A stretch of DNA of 56,067 nucleotides from Thermoplasmata archaeon (GTDB taxonomy: Archaea; Thermoplasmatota; Thermoplasmata; Thermoplasmatales; Thermoplasmataceae). The notes beneath the pieces were generated by a model. The model saw only the letters and a list, made by a program, of their open reading frames with translations, was not told where the DNA came from and made no database searches. How positions within the stretch are numbered: the stretch's first letter is position 1; every line of letters begins with the position of its first letter. Shown here piece by piece: positions 26,303 through 34,770 of the stretch. Location of the stretch: assembly GCA_021818765.1 (NCBI GenBank), contig JAKATM010000001.1, forward strand, positions 1 to 56,067, given 5' to 3'. Made by a program: the position numbers and the translations under genes.

Positions 26303-26939
26303 CTGTGATTATCACACTCTGATAATTGGCATTGTATATTCCTGCCAGCCCACATGCAAACCAAGCAATTGCTTCAGCTAACCATACAATGGTTAAAATA
26401 AGGTAATCCCTGGCTACTATGCTAAGAGCAGAAACAATGCACGCTAGAACAAAGCTGGATATGGCTGCCCACGTTTCCAAGTGCATCCGTGCCATGCTCT
26501 TTTTTAGGCCGTTCATTATTGACCATGGAACATAAACTGCCAGGAATGCATACAATAAGACAAGATAGCTATAGAACCCAGCCAGGGCGGCCCCGGATAG
26601 AATGCCTAAGATAATTAAAACGGACAAGGCAGTTAAGGTTCTGTATCTTTTCCATTTCGCTCTCATCATAATATTTGAGGCTCTGGCGGCTTTGCTGAAT
26701 ACATTAGCAGTAAAAACCATTACAATAACTGACCCAGCGATGTATGGAAGCAGAAGCAACCAAGGATACATGCTTATATATTGATAGAAGAACCCGGAAA
26801 ATGTGAATAAGAAAAATGCCGAGCCCCACCCAATATAATACAGTCCAAGAGTTCGCCTCAATAGGTAATCCTCGAATTCCAATGCCTTTTCAATTAGCGA
26901 CCTGCTTTCATTCAAGTATTCCAGATTTTTGGAAATCAT
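26292..26939 (-). CDS. Hypothetical polytopic membrane protein
   Basis: 215 aa with about 5-6 TM helices and no motif recognised. It overlaps both neighbours (ATGA overlap at 26936-26939). Confidence 0.55.
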   Translation of the reverse strand: MISKNLEYLNESRSLIEKALEFEDYLLRRTLGLYYIGWGSAFFLFTFSGFFYQYISMYPWLLLLPYIAGSVIVMVFTANVFSKAARASNIMMRAKWKRYRTLTALSVLIILGILSGAALAGFYSYLVLLYAFLAVYVPWSIMNGLKKSMARMHLETWAAISSFVLACIVSALSIVARDYLILTIVWLAEAIAWFACGLAGIYNANYQSVIITDDE

Positions 26940-27742
26940 ACCTGTCTCATCGCCTCAATGTCCTGGGCCTTGATATGCTTGAATAAATAAATATCTATTA
27001 CAAATATAATAAGTTCCCATAACATAAGCCCCGCTATGAGCAGTTGCCAACTCAATCTTTGCGGATTTGATGATACAAAACTATTTAGTGGACTGCTGCT
27101 CAAGAATGCCGCCTGAATCAGGCTTGGTGCAGAGTCCCATGGGGATACGTAGATAAGAATTTTTGATGCGCTTCCAAATAGCAACTGGTAACTCAACCCG
27201 AAAACCAGCACCATAGGTATGAATGATAAAAACTGCACGAATTTAATCCTTGAAAAAGAGATTACCAACAAAACAAGCATTACGCTAATTGACATGAAGA
27301 ACAATCCAATAAATATCTCAACTGAGAATGTTTTCAAAAAAGATAGATAGTCAGGGAAAACATCTACTTTCGAAGACAAGTAAAACATCGATGAAGTGAA
27401 AAGGATACCTATCACTATGAGAAATACAGAAACTAAGATCCAGGCAAGCATTAAGTCAAGCAGATATCGCCGTTTGGAGAGTTTAGTAAATTTGAACGAA
27501 AAAATTAAGGAGTTTGATGACCATGCAATAGAGGTAGCTAATGTTATGGAGACCGCGGAAAATGAGACAAGTGATATTATAGCATAGTATGACGCCGTAA
27601 TGTATTTGGCATTTATTGATGTTATGGAGCCATTGTAAAATACAAACGCGCCCAGTATCGCCCACATGAAACTGAAAAATCCTCCCCAAAACCAGAGAAG
27701 TTTATTCGTCATTAAAGCTTGAAAATAATATCTTGCGATCAT
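26936..27742 (-). CDS. ABC-2-type transporter permease-like membrane protein
   Basis: 268 aa with about 6 TM helices. It lies immediately downstream of the ABC ATPase and overlaps it by 4 nt (ATGA). Confidence 0.6.
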   Translation of the reverse strand: MIARYYFQALMTNKLLWFWGGFFSFMWAILGAFVFYNGSITSINAKYITASYYAIISLVSFSAVSITLATSIAWSSNSLIFSFKFTKLSKRRYLLDLMLAWILVSVFLIVIGILFTSSMFYLSSKVDVFPDYLSFLKTFSVEIFIGLFFMSISVMLVLLVISFSRIKFVQFLSFIPMVLVFGLSYQLLFGSASKILIYVSPWDSAPSLIQAAFLSSSPLNSFVSSNPQRLSWQLLIAGLMLWELIIFVIDIYLFKHIKAQDIEAMRQV

Positions 27743-28533
27743 CTTATCACTTCCTGAATCGAGCTTTCTAAATCCGTAGATGACAATAGTGAGGCATCCC
27801 CTTTATCCAATGTAACAGAAAATATACCGTATTTAGACCGAATAACAGAAAGGGCTGCTGGAACTTCGCCCCTTGTTAGGTACAGCCTGTTGATATCAGT
27901 AGAACTGAATCTACCGTAAATCTGCCCGTCAGCTATTAGGTATAAGCCCCAACCTGGAAGAGACTTTAAAGCTGTAAAATCGTGAGTGTTAATGAGAAGG
28001 CTGCCTTTAAAGTTCTTCAAGTCCTCTATCATCATCAGTCTCCTTCTCGCATCAAGGTTCTCGAAAGGTTCGTCAAGGAGGGCAAGTTTGTTTCCAAGCT
28101 CAATTGCCATTATGTCGAAGAATGCCTTATTCTGACCTGTGCTGAGTTCCCTCGTTTTCTTGGGGAGTATCTCGGATAAATCATACTTCTCAATGTGGGC
28201 CAAAACATTTTTCTGTTCTATTTCCATAATTGAACAATACATTTTTATTACGTTCTTGATGGGAAGATCAACAAGACGATAGACTGTATCCAAATTGCAA
28301 GCGACACCTGATGTTCTGCCAGTGAATTTAGTATCAGCGCCCATTATCTTTATAATTCCATGTGTTATTTTAGCAAGGCCAAAGACCGCTTTTATTATCG
28401 TAGTTTTACCAGATCCATTGGGTCCGACTATTGCGACCTTTTCGGACTTAATCTGAAGACTGATGTTTGATAGTATAGCCTTCTCCTTATTGGAATACCC
28501 CAGGTCAACATCAACTAACTCCATTTCAGACAT
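27739..28533 (-). CDS. ABC transporter ATP-binding protein
   Basis: 264 aa. Walker A GPNGSGKTT, signature LSTGQNKAF, Walker B LALLDEPFENLD and H-loop INTHD. Confidence 0.9.
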   Translation of the reverse strand: MSEMELVDVDLGYSNKEKAILSNISLQIKSEKVAIVGPNGSGKTTIIKAVFGLAKITHGIIKIMGADTKFTGRTSGVACNLDTVYRLVDLPIKNVIKMYCSIMEIEQKNVLAHIEKYDLSEILPKKTRELSTGQNKAFFDIMAIELGNKLALLDEPFENLDARRRLMMIEDLKNFKGSLLINTHDFTALKSLPGWGLYLIADGQIYGRFSSTDINRLYLTRGEVPAALSVIRSKYGIFSVTLDKGDASLLSSTDLESSIQEVIR

Positions 28534-28765
28534 ATCAGGAGATTTGGCAGAAATATTAGAATAGATTCCGGAGTCTAAATTTTCGACTCCTAATTTAGCT
28601 GCAGGTTTAGCACAGGATCAACTATATTTATAGCCATAATAGCGCTAGTGAGAAACTGCTTAAGGATTAGGGCCTAACTAATGACAACAGAAATTATCCA
28701 TTCCTGAGGTTGGAAACTGTTTATCGTCCCGGCTTAAAAGTCGGCTGTTTAGTACTAATATCTTT

Positions 28766-29842
28766 ATGCTCACGCGAAATATCCGTCAGGTAATTATGTA
28801 TTTTAATCCTAGAACCATCAAGATTTTTGAATGGATTGGTGAGAATAGCAGGAAATGCAAATATAATCTATCCAAAAATAACATGCCCGATTATATAGCA
28901 AGGAAATCAGGAATTGATTTTTCTTTCGAATCTTATGAAAAGAACCGTTCTTCGGCCGAGAACCTTTTCGTTGAGGCAGTCTCGAAACTATACAATGTGC
29001 CGCAGGGATGCGTTACTCCAACTATTTCCGGATCAGAGGCAATATATGTTGCGCTCCTTCACATCCGCAGGATGTCGGGAAAGATCACAATATTCTTACC
29101 GGAATACGAACCAATATTTTCCGTCGCCGAGTCGCTCGGCTTTGAGGTTCTCTACAAGGAACTGAGCTCGATTAACCTTGAGGATACCGAGCAGCCGTTT
29201 GCATGTTCACTGCCCAACAACCCCATAGGAACTTCCAATCCGGTCATGCTGGAAGGGGCGTCCCAGGACGAAGTATCGATCCCGCTAAGATATTTTGACG
29301 AGACCTTCTCTGAGTTCAGGAGCACAAAGGGACAAACCGTTTTCCACGAAGGAAGATCGATCATAACGTCATCGACCATGGTCAAGTATTACGGCCTCTC
29401 CGACCTGAAGGTCGGGTGGATCCTTGCGGATTCAGCCGAGAGGGAGTTCTTTAAAAATGTGATGAACGCAATCACTCCATCCATACCGCCATATTCCCTG
29501 TGGATTTCATACCAGGCACTGCAGGAGAAGAGTTACTTTGACAAGGAAGTCCAGGACCTGGTGAAAACAAACACGGAGATAATCGATGGTTTTATCGAGG
29601 ATACACACGGTCTTACCTGGGAAAAACCGGACGGGACACCGTTTGGCTTCGTTCACATGAGGAGGAGGAACTCAAGGGAACTGTGCCAGGACATACTTGA
29701 CAAGACGGGTGTTCTATTGGGCCCCGGAAAATATTTCGGAGACGATACCAGTTTCAGGATATGCTACACATTGCAACCAGAAGACGTGAAGAAAGGGGTT
29801 AAGCTGCTGGGTGACTATTTCAAGGATCATTCGATGAAGTGA
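28766..29842 (+). CDS. Class I/II PLP-dependent aminotransferase family protein (HisC/CobD-like)
   Basis: 358 aa. ..SGSEAIYVAL.., ..LPNNPIGT.., ..FDETFSEF.. and the PLP-lysine region SSTMVKYYGLSDLKVGWI. The start could instead be the ATG at 28796. Confidence 0.75.
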   Translation: MLTRNIRQVIMYFNPRTIKIFEWIGENSRKCKYNLSKNNMPDYIARKSGIDFSFESYEKNRSSAENLFVEAVSKLYNVPQGCVTPTISGSEAIYVALLHIRRMSGKITIFLPEYEPIFSVAESLGFEVLYKELSSINLEDTEQPFACSLPNNPIGTSNPVMLEGASQDEVSIPLRYFDETFSEFRSTKGQTVFHEGRSIITSSTMVKYYGLSDLKVGWILADSAEREFFKNVMNAITPSIPPYSLWISYQALQEKSYFDKEVQDLVKTNTEIIDGFIEDTHGLTWEKPDGTPFGFVHMRRRNSRELCQDILDKTGVLLGPGKYFGDDTSFRICYTLQPEDVKKGVKLLGDYFKDHSMK

Positions 29843-29866
29843 TATCTCTTAATACAGAGTGAAAAA

Positions 29867-30178
29867 TCAGTCCTTTTTCTGTATTATCAGCTTCAGCCCG
29901 TCGACGTCTTTTATGATAGCCTTGTCTCCTGGCTCAAGCTTCTCCTTCGGGTCGAACGGGGAGGCAGCCCAGACCTGTGAATCGACAACCACCTCTATCC
30001 TTTCCGGAGAGACGGATTTTATGATGCCATGTCGGCCTATCATCGCTTCCACGCCCGTGAATCCGGATGCACCGAACGGGTACCTGGTCAGAAGCCTCCC
30101 AAGCCATGCGCCTATGAAGAGACTCCCTGCCGTATCGAGTACTATTATCAGTATGAGAAAGGTCTCAGTGATTGGCAC
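29867..30178 (-). CDS. NfeD-like membrane protein (C-terminal OB-fold domain)
   Basis: 103 aa. One or two N-terminal TM helices, then ..GRHGIIKSVSPERIEVVVDSQVWAASPFD...LEPGDKAIIKDVDGLKLII, typical of the NfeD C-terminal domain. Confidence 0.6.
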   Translation of the reverse strand: MPITETFLILIIVLDTAGSLFIGAWLGRLLTRYPFGASGFTGVEAMIGRHGIIKSVSPERIEVVVDSQVWAASPFDPKEKLEPGDKAIIKDVDGLKLIIQKKD

Positions 30179-30282
30179 GTTTCATAATTATTTGTTGGGA
30201 TATATTGTTATCTGTCCTCCCTGGCGATACTCATCTTTGGCTTAACCGGATCCCAGGATCTAGCACCGAACTGGATTGATGT

Positions 30283-32205
30283 CTACTGGTGCTCTTCGGG
30301 CAGTGTGTACTTCCTCTCAGCACCGAACGGCTTGAACTGCTTGCCGTTGCCGCGGTAGAACTTTGAGAAGAACTCAACATAGAGAAGCCTTGCCCCCTGG
30401 ATCCCTGGTTCGAATATAGCGATTGCAAGGTTGAAGATCTGCCCCAATATCAGGATCACTCCGCCAAGGATTATGAAAACAAAACCCTTGTCCAGGTTTG
30501 AAAGGAATATGCGGTTCACAACATACGCAAGTATCACGGATGCAAGCAGTATCCCGACTATCCTGGTGTATGAAAGAATGTGCGATATGAGCGACGGGAC
30601 CTCAATCATTCCACGCCCTCTCTCAAACACAGCAACCACCACAATGCCCAAAATCGCGACGTAGACGGGTATTGCCGTGAGCGGACCCGTAACTGGATCC
30701 AGGGAAATGGGCACCTTGTGCAGGAAGTCAAGTCCCGTAATGGCGACGCCCCATGCAAGCATGAGCCACCCTCCGGAGCTGATCGCCTTGTGATCCTCGC
30801 CGTGCGATATTGCATTGAGGATCCCGAGTACGAAGCCGAATGATACCATTGCGAGTCCTATGTAACCAGAAACAAGAAGCAGCTTGGCAATTCCGTAGGA
30901 ATCGATCGGGTTCAGGATCGTGAAGGGAAGTATCTGGAACCCGAAGAAGCCGTTGAAAATGAATCCAACTATGATTGCTATTATTGATGATGGTATCAGC
31001 ACCTTGCCAAGGACGAGAAGCGGCCCTTTTCCAAGTATCTTGACGGCAAATGCCGATATTCTCTTTGGAACTATTGAGAAGGTCTCCGGGTGGTTTATCT
31101 TCCTGACCATCCATATGGCGAACAGGAGTATAACCAGGCCATAGCCCATGTCGCCAACCATTAAACCGAAGAAGAACGGAAATATGAATGCAAATATCAT
31201 GGTTGGATCAAATTCGCTTTCGACCGGAAGTGAGTAGAAACGGATGAAAAACTCAAAGACGCGGAACCTTTTCCAGTTTGAGAGCGCCGTCGGCGGCTCC
31301 TCGCTGGTTTTTACCGTGCTTACAAGGCATGAGCCCCCCGTCGCTCTGTCCAGTATGCCTGTCACCTTTCCAGCATCCTTCACCTTCATCCATCCTTCCA
31401 TGGCGAATGCTTCTGACGTCGATAACGCCCTCTGGGCAGCCTCAAGCTTGCTTACTTCAATGCGAAGCTGTTCCTCCAGCACCGCGATCTTTTCATAATA
31501 CGTTTTTGCTAGTGAAAGATATTCTTCGTTTATTTTTGCAAGCGCCTCTTCCCTTGCCTTCAGGCTGGAAACCAGGTCCTCATAGTATCCAGCCGGTGTT
31601 CCCTTGAGTTCCGGTATGTGCAGGAGCTGGTAACCCATCTCGGTCGCAAACTTCGCGAGATCCTTTTCCGCCATTACCGGGATGGTGACGACGTACTGCC
31701 CGTTTGGGGTGGGAACGACAGACGGCGAAGAAGGGAGCTGCCTTATTGCATCCGGGTCTATGTCATGCATGGCGCTTGTAATGATGTATGATTTCGTGAA
31801 TGCAGTGTTGAAGATAGAGAGATCAACCTCCATTCCTATCAACGGCTGGATCGTCTCCATGCGGTTGTGAATATCCTTGATATCCGTGCTGATATCGGTC
31901 TCTGTCTCTTTCAGAACGCGGAGTTCATCTGTCAGATCTATGGATTTTGCCCCTTCCAGCGCCTCTTCCAGGGATGAGAATTTTTTCTTCGTTGAAACTG
32001 GTTGTTTTGGGAGGACACCCATGTATGATTTCAGTTTCTGGAGCTCTGCGTTTGCTCCCTCGACCAGGGATGTAAGATCGGATGTCTTCATGTACTGCAG
32101 CAGATCCTTGTTCACCGGTTCAAGCTGCATTACCCTCATGTCATGCAGTATCGAGACGACACGTTCCCTGTATTTTATCAGGGAAATTATCCGAATCTTT
32201 TCCAT
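30283..32205 (-). CDS. atpI: A-type ATP synthase subunit I (stator/a subunit)
   Basis: 640 aa. Soluble coiled-coil N-terminal half and a polytopic C-terminal half. Length and architecture are typical of archaeal subunit I. Confidence 0.9.
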   Translation of the reverse strand: MEKIRIISLIKYRERVVSILHDMRVMQLEPVNKDLLQYMKTSDLTSLVEGANAELQKLKSYMGVLPKQPVSTKKKFSSLEEALEGAKSIDLTDELRVLKETETDISTDIKDIHNRMETIQPLIGMEVDLSIFNTAFTKSYIITSAMHDIDPDAIRQLPSSPSVVPTPNGQYVVTIPVMAEKDLAKFATEMGYQLLHIPELKGTPAGYYEDLVSSLKAREEALAKINEEYLSLAKTYYEKIAVLEEQLRIEVSKLEAAQRALSTSEAFAMEGWMKVKDAGKVTGILDRATGGSCLVSTVKTSEEPPTALSNWKRFRVFEFFIRFYSLPVESEFDPTMIFAFIFPFFFGLMVGDMGYGLVILLFAIWMVRKINHPETFSIVPKRISAFAVKILGKGPLLVLGKVLIPSSIIAIIVGFIFNGFFGFQILPFTILNPIDSYGIAKLLLVSGYIGLAMVSFGFVLGILNAISHGEDHKAISSGGWLMLAWGVAITGLDFLHKVPISLDPVTGPLTAIPVYVAILGIVVVAVFERGRGMIEVPSLISHILSYTRIVGILLASVILAYVVNRIFLSNLDKGFVFIILGGVILILGQIFNLAIAIFEPGIQGARLLYVEFFSKFYRGNGKQFKPFGAERKYTLPEEHQ

Positions 32206-32229
32206 TTTTTCCGGCCGGATAGACGTTGC

Positions 32230-32553
32230 TTACTCCTCCATGAACTTCTTTATTGCTCCCAGCAGTATTGCGGATGCCTCTTTCTTATCCAAGATCACCC
32301 TCATATGGGACGCCCTCTGCCTTGCCGCCTTCAGCGCATTTTCTTCCGCTTCACGCAGTCGCTGGACCTCCTCGTCAAGTTTTTCCCGGCGTTCCGATTT
32401 CAGCCTGGAAATTTCGGCTTCTATGTCCTGCTGGGATTTCCTGGCCAGGTTCTCGTAGTTTTCCTTCAACTTCATGCTTTCTTCGTTAAATTCCGCATTT
32501 GATTTCTCTTCTGCTTCCTTGATTTTCTTAAGTATCTCTATATCGTCCGCCAT
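32230..32553 (-). CDS. atpH: A-type ATP synthase subunit H
   Basis: 107 aa, highly charged and predicted coiled coil (ILKKIKEAEEKS...AEISRLKSERREKLDEEVQRLREAEE). It lies directly upstream of atpI. Confidence 0.75.
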   Translation of the reverse strand: MADDIEILKKIKEAEEKSNAEFNEESMKLKENYENLARKSQQDIEAEISRLKSERREKLDEEVQRLREAEENALKAARQRASHMRVILDKKEASAILLGAIKKFMEE

Positions 32554-32723
32554 CAGATCACTCCTGTAAATACCATGAGAAGCACGACGCCCGTTACGCT
32601 CAGGTTAATGGTCCATATGATCGCCCTTATAAGCCGGAACTTCCGCACTGCCGGACTGTTCAGAACATCCGGGCTCATCTTATAGAAAAATACGCGCTTG
32701 CCATTCTTGTCGTATAGTGCCAT
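32553..32723 (-). CDS. Unannotated 56-aa small membrane protein between atpD and atpH
   Basis: Hand translation gives MALYDKNGKRVFFYKMSPDVLNSPAVRKFRLIRAIIWTINLSVTGVVLLMVFTGVI. The ATG shares 1 nt with the atpD stop (TGATG at 32721-32725). Its own TGA shares 1 nt with the atpH ATG (TGATG at 32551-32555). One C-terminal TM helix. Absent from the ORF track because it is under 60 aa. Confidence 0.55.
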   Translation of the reverse strand: MALYDKNGKRVFFYKMSPDVLNSPAVRKFRLIRAIIWTINLSVTGVVLLMVFTGVI

Positions 32724-33373
32724 CAGAGAGCACCTCCGCCCATTGCATTCTTCGCCTCAAGGTTTCTCTTGACTGCCTTCAGCATGCTGAAGGTTTCCCT
32801 CTCCATCTCGTCCAGCCTCATCCTGATGTACTTTGCATTGGCAACCAGCCCGGGTATCAGGATGTTCTCGATCGCATTTGATCTCCTCTTTGTCCTGTCT
32901 ATTTCATGCAGGAGCTTCCGCATCGAATTTTCCTTTTCCGCAATTTCCAGGAGGGCCCTGAAAATTTTCTCGAACTTGATGATAGAATCGTTGATGACGG
33001 TTGGGATGGAAACGGCACGGTATATTTCGGACAGCAGGCTCTCATGGTATACCACGTTGAGGGTTGGTATCCTGACACCCATTACGTTCTTTGTTGCAAC
33101 GTTTGCATCCGTGTCGACCGACATTGCAGCAATCCGTTCAAGATTTACGAGACCGGAAAGAGCCTCTGCAAGCCTGACTGTCTCAAGTGAGGCGCCCATG
33201 TCAGAACGGATGTTTTCCCTCATGCCCCTCACAGTCCTGCTGATTGCAAAAAACTCCATGACAAGTGATGTTCTCTTCATCTTCAGCAGATCCAGGCCCT
33301 TCCTGGCTAAACGTATTCGCCTGGTCACGTTTATAAGCTCAATCCTGGTCGGCCTGATCTCTGTTGATGCCAT
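32723..33373 (-). CDS. atpD: A-type ATP synthase subunit D
   Basis: 216 aa. ..IRPTRIELINVTRRIRLARKGLDLLKMKRTSLVMEF.. is typical of V/A-type subunit D. Confidence 0.9.
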   Translation of the reverse strand: MASTEIRPTRIELINVTRRIRLARKGLDLLKMKRTSLVMEFFAISRTVRGMRENIRSDMGASLETVRLAEALSGLVNLERIAAMSVDTDANVATKNVMGVRIPTLNVVYHESLLSEIYRAVSIPTVINDSIIKFEKIFRALLEIAEKENSMRKLLHEIDRTKRRSNAIENILIPGLVANAKYIRMRLDEMERETFSMLKAVKRNLEAKNAMGGGAL

Positions 33374-33378
33374 CTATC

Positions 33379-34770
33379 TCACTTTTTCCATTTGCCGTAC
33401 TTTGCAACGTGATCTTTCTTGACCCTCTTCATCTCCTGCTCAGGCAGCGAAGACAATAAATCCCAGCCTAAATCGAGAGTCTGTTCAATTGTTCTGTCCT
33501 CGTCCTTGCCCTGGTTGACGAACCTTTTCTCAAAAGATTCGGCGAATGCGAGGTAAAGCTTATCAGTCTTTCCAAGGGCCTCCTCGCCCACTATTGCGCT
33601 CAAAGACCTGAGATCCTTTCCCGTAGCATAGGCGGAATAAAGCTGATCAGAGACTCCCCTGTGATCCTCCCTTGTTCTCCCGGATCCGATACCCTGGTTC
33701 ATCAGCCTTGAAAGTGATGGAAGGACGTCAATTGGTGGATATACACCATTTCTCTGCAGGTCCCTGCTCATTGCTATCTGACCCTCCGTTATGTAACCGG
33801 TGAGATCTGGTATAGGGTGTGTCCTGTCGTCGCCTGGCATCGTTAAAATTGGTATCTGTGTGATTGAGCCGTTCTTTCCCTTGATCTTTCCAGCGCGTTC
33901 GTATATCGTGCTTAGATCGGTGTACATGTAACCTGGGTAACCCCTTCTTCCTGGCACCTCTTCCCTGGCAGATGATATCTCACGCAGCGCCTCGCAGTAA
34001 TTTGTCATGTCCGTAAGGATCACAAGTATATGCATCTCCTTCTCGTATGCAAGATATTCAGCTGCGGTGAGGGCCGCTCTCGGCAGGATGATCCTCTCCA
34101 TTGACGGATCGGAGGAAATATTGAGGAACATTACGGCCCTTGAAATTGCACCCGTTTCGGTGAACTGGTTTATGAAGAAATTTGCCTCCTCGCTTGTTAT
34201 ACCCATGGCACCGAATACAACCGCGAAGCTCTCGTCTTTCCCAACAACCTTTGCCTGCTTGGCTATCTGTGCTGCAAGCTCGTTGTGCGGCAAACCGGAG
34301 GCGGAGAAGAGAGGAAGCTTCTGCCCCCTCACAAGGGTGTTCATGCCGTCGATTGTCGATATACCGGTCTGGATAAACTCGGACGGCTCCTCTCTTGAAT
34401 ATGGGTTTATTGCGTTGCCGACAATGTCAACCTTTTCTCCCGTAATGGGTGTTCCTCCGTCTATAGGGGAGGCAAAACCGTTCAAGACGCGGCCAAGCAT
34501 GTCATCCGACACCTGTATCCTGGCAGTGGACCCCGAAAAGCGCACAGAAGTTTCTGTAGTGTTCATTCCTGTCGTTGATCCGAAAACCTGTATTACGGCC
34601 ATCCCTCTCCTTGTTTCAAGCACCTGGCCAAGCCTGGTTTCGCCGTTTTCAAGGTTTATCTGGACAAGTTCATTATATGATGCATTAGGAACCTCTTCCA
34701 CGAAAAGAAGAGGGCCAGTTATCTGTGTTATTGTCTTGTAGTTAACTTGCGGCAATCTGTTCACCTCCAA
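33379..34770 (-). CDS. atpB: A-type ATP synthase subunit B
   Basis: 463 aa. ..[15 protein letters not shown].. and ..[14 protein letters not shown].. are typical. A TTG at 34755 preceded by GGAGGTGA is an alternative start. Confidence 0.95.
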   Translation of the reverse strand: MEVNRLPQVNYKTITQITGPLLFVEEVPNASYNELVQINLENGETRLGQVLETRRGMAVIQVFGSTTGMNTTETSVRFSGSTARIQVSDDMLGRVLNGFASPIDGGTPITGEKVDIVGNAINPYSREEPSEFIQTGISTIDGMNTLVRGQKLPLFSASGLPHNELAAQIAKQAKVVGKDESFAVVFGAMGITSEEANFFINQFTETGAISRAVMFLNISSDPSMERIILPRAALTAAEYLAYEKEMHILVILTDMTNYCEALREISSAREEVPGRRGYPGYMYTDLSTIYERAGKIKGKNGSITQIPILTMPGDDRTHPIPDLTGYITEGQIAMSRDLQRNGVYPPIDVLPSLSRLMNQGIGSGRTREDHRGVSDQLYSAYATGKDLRSLSAIVGEEALGKTDKLYLAFAESFEKRFVNQGKDEDRTIEQTLDLGWDLLSSLPEQEMKRVKKDHVAKYGKWKK

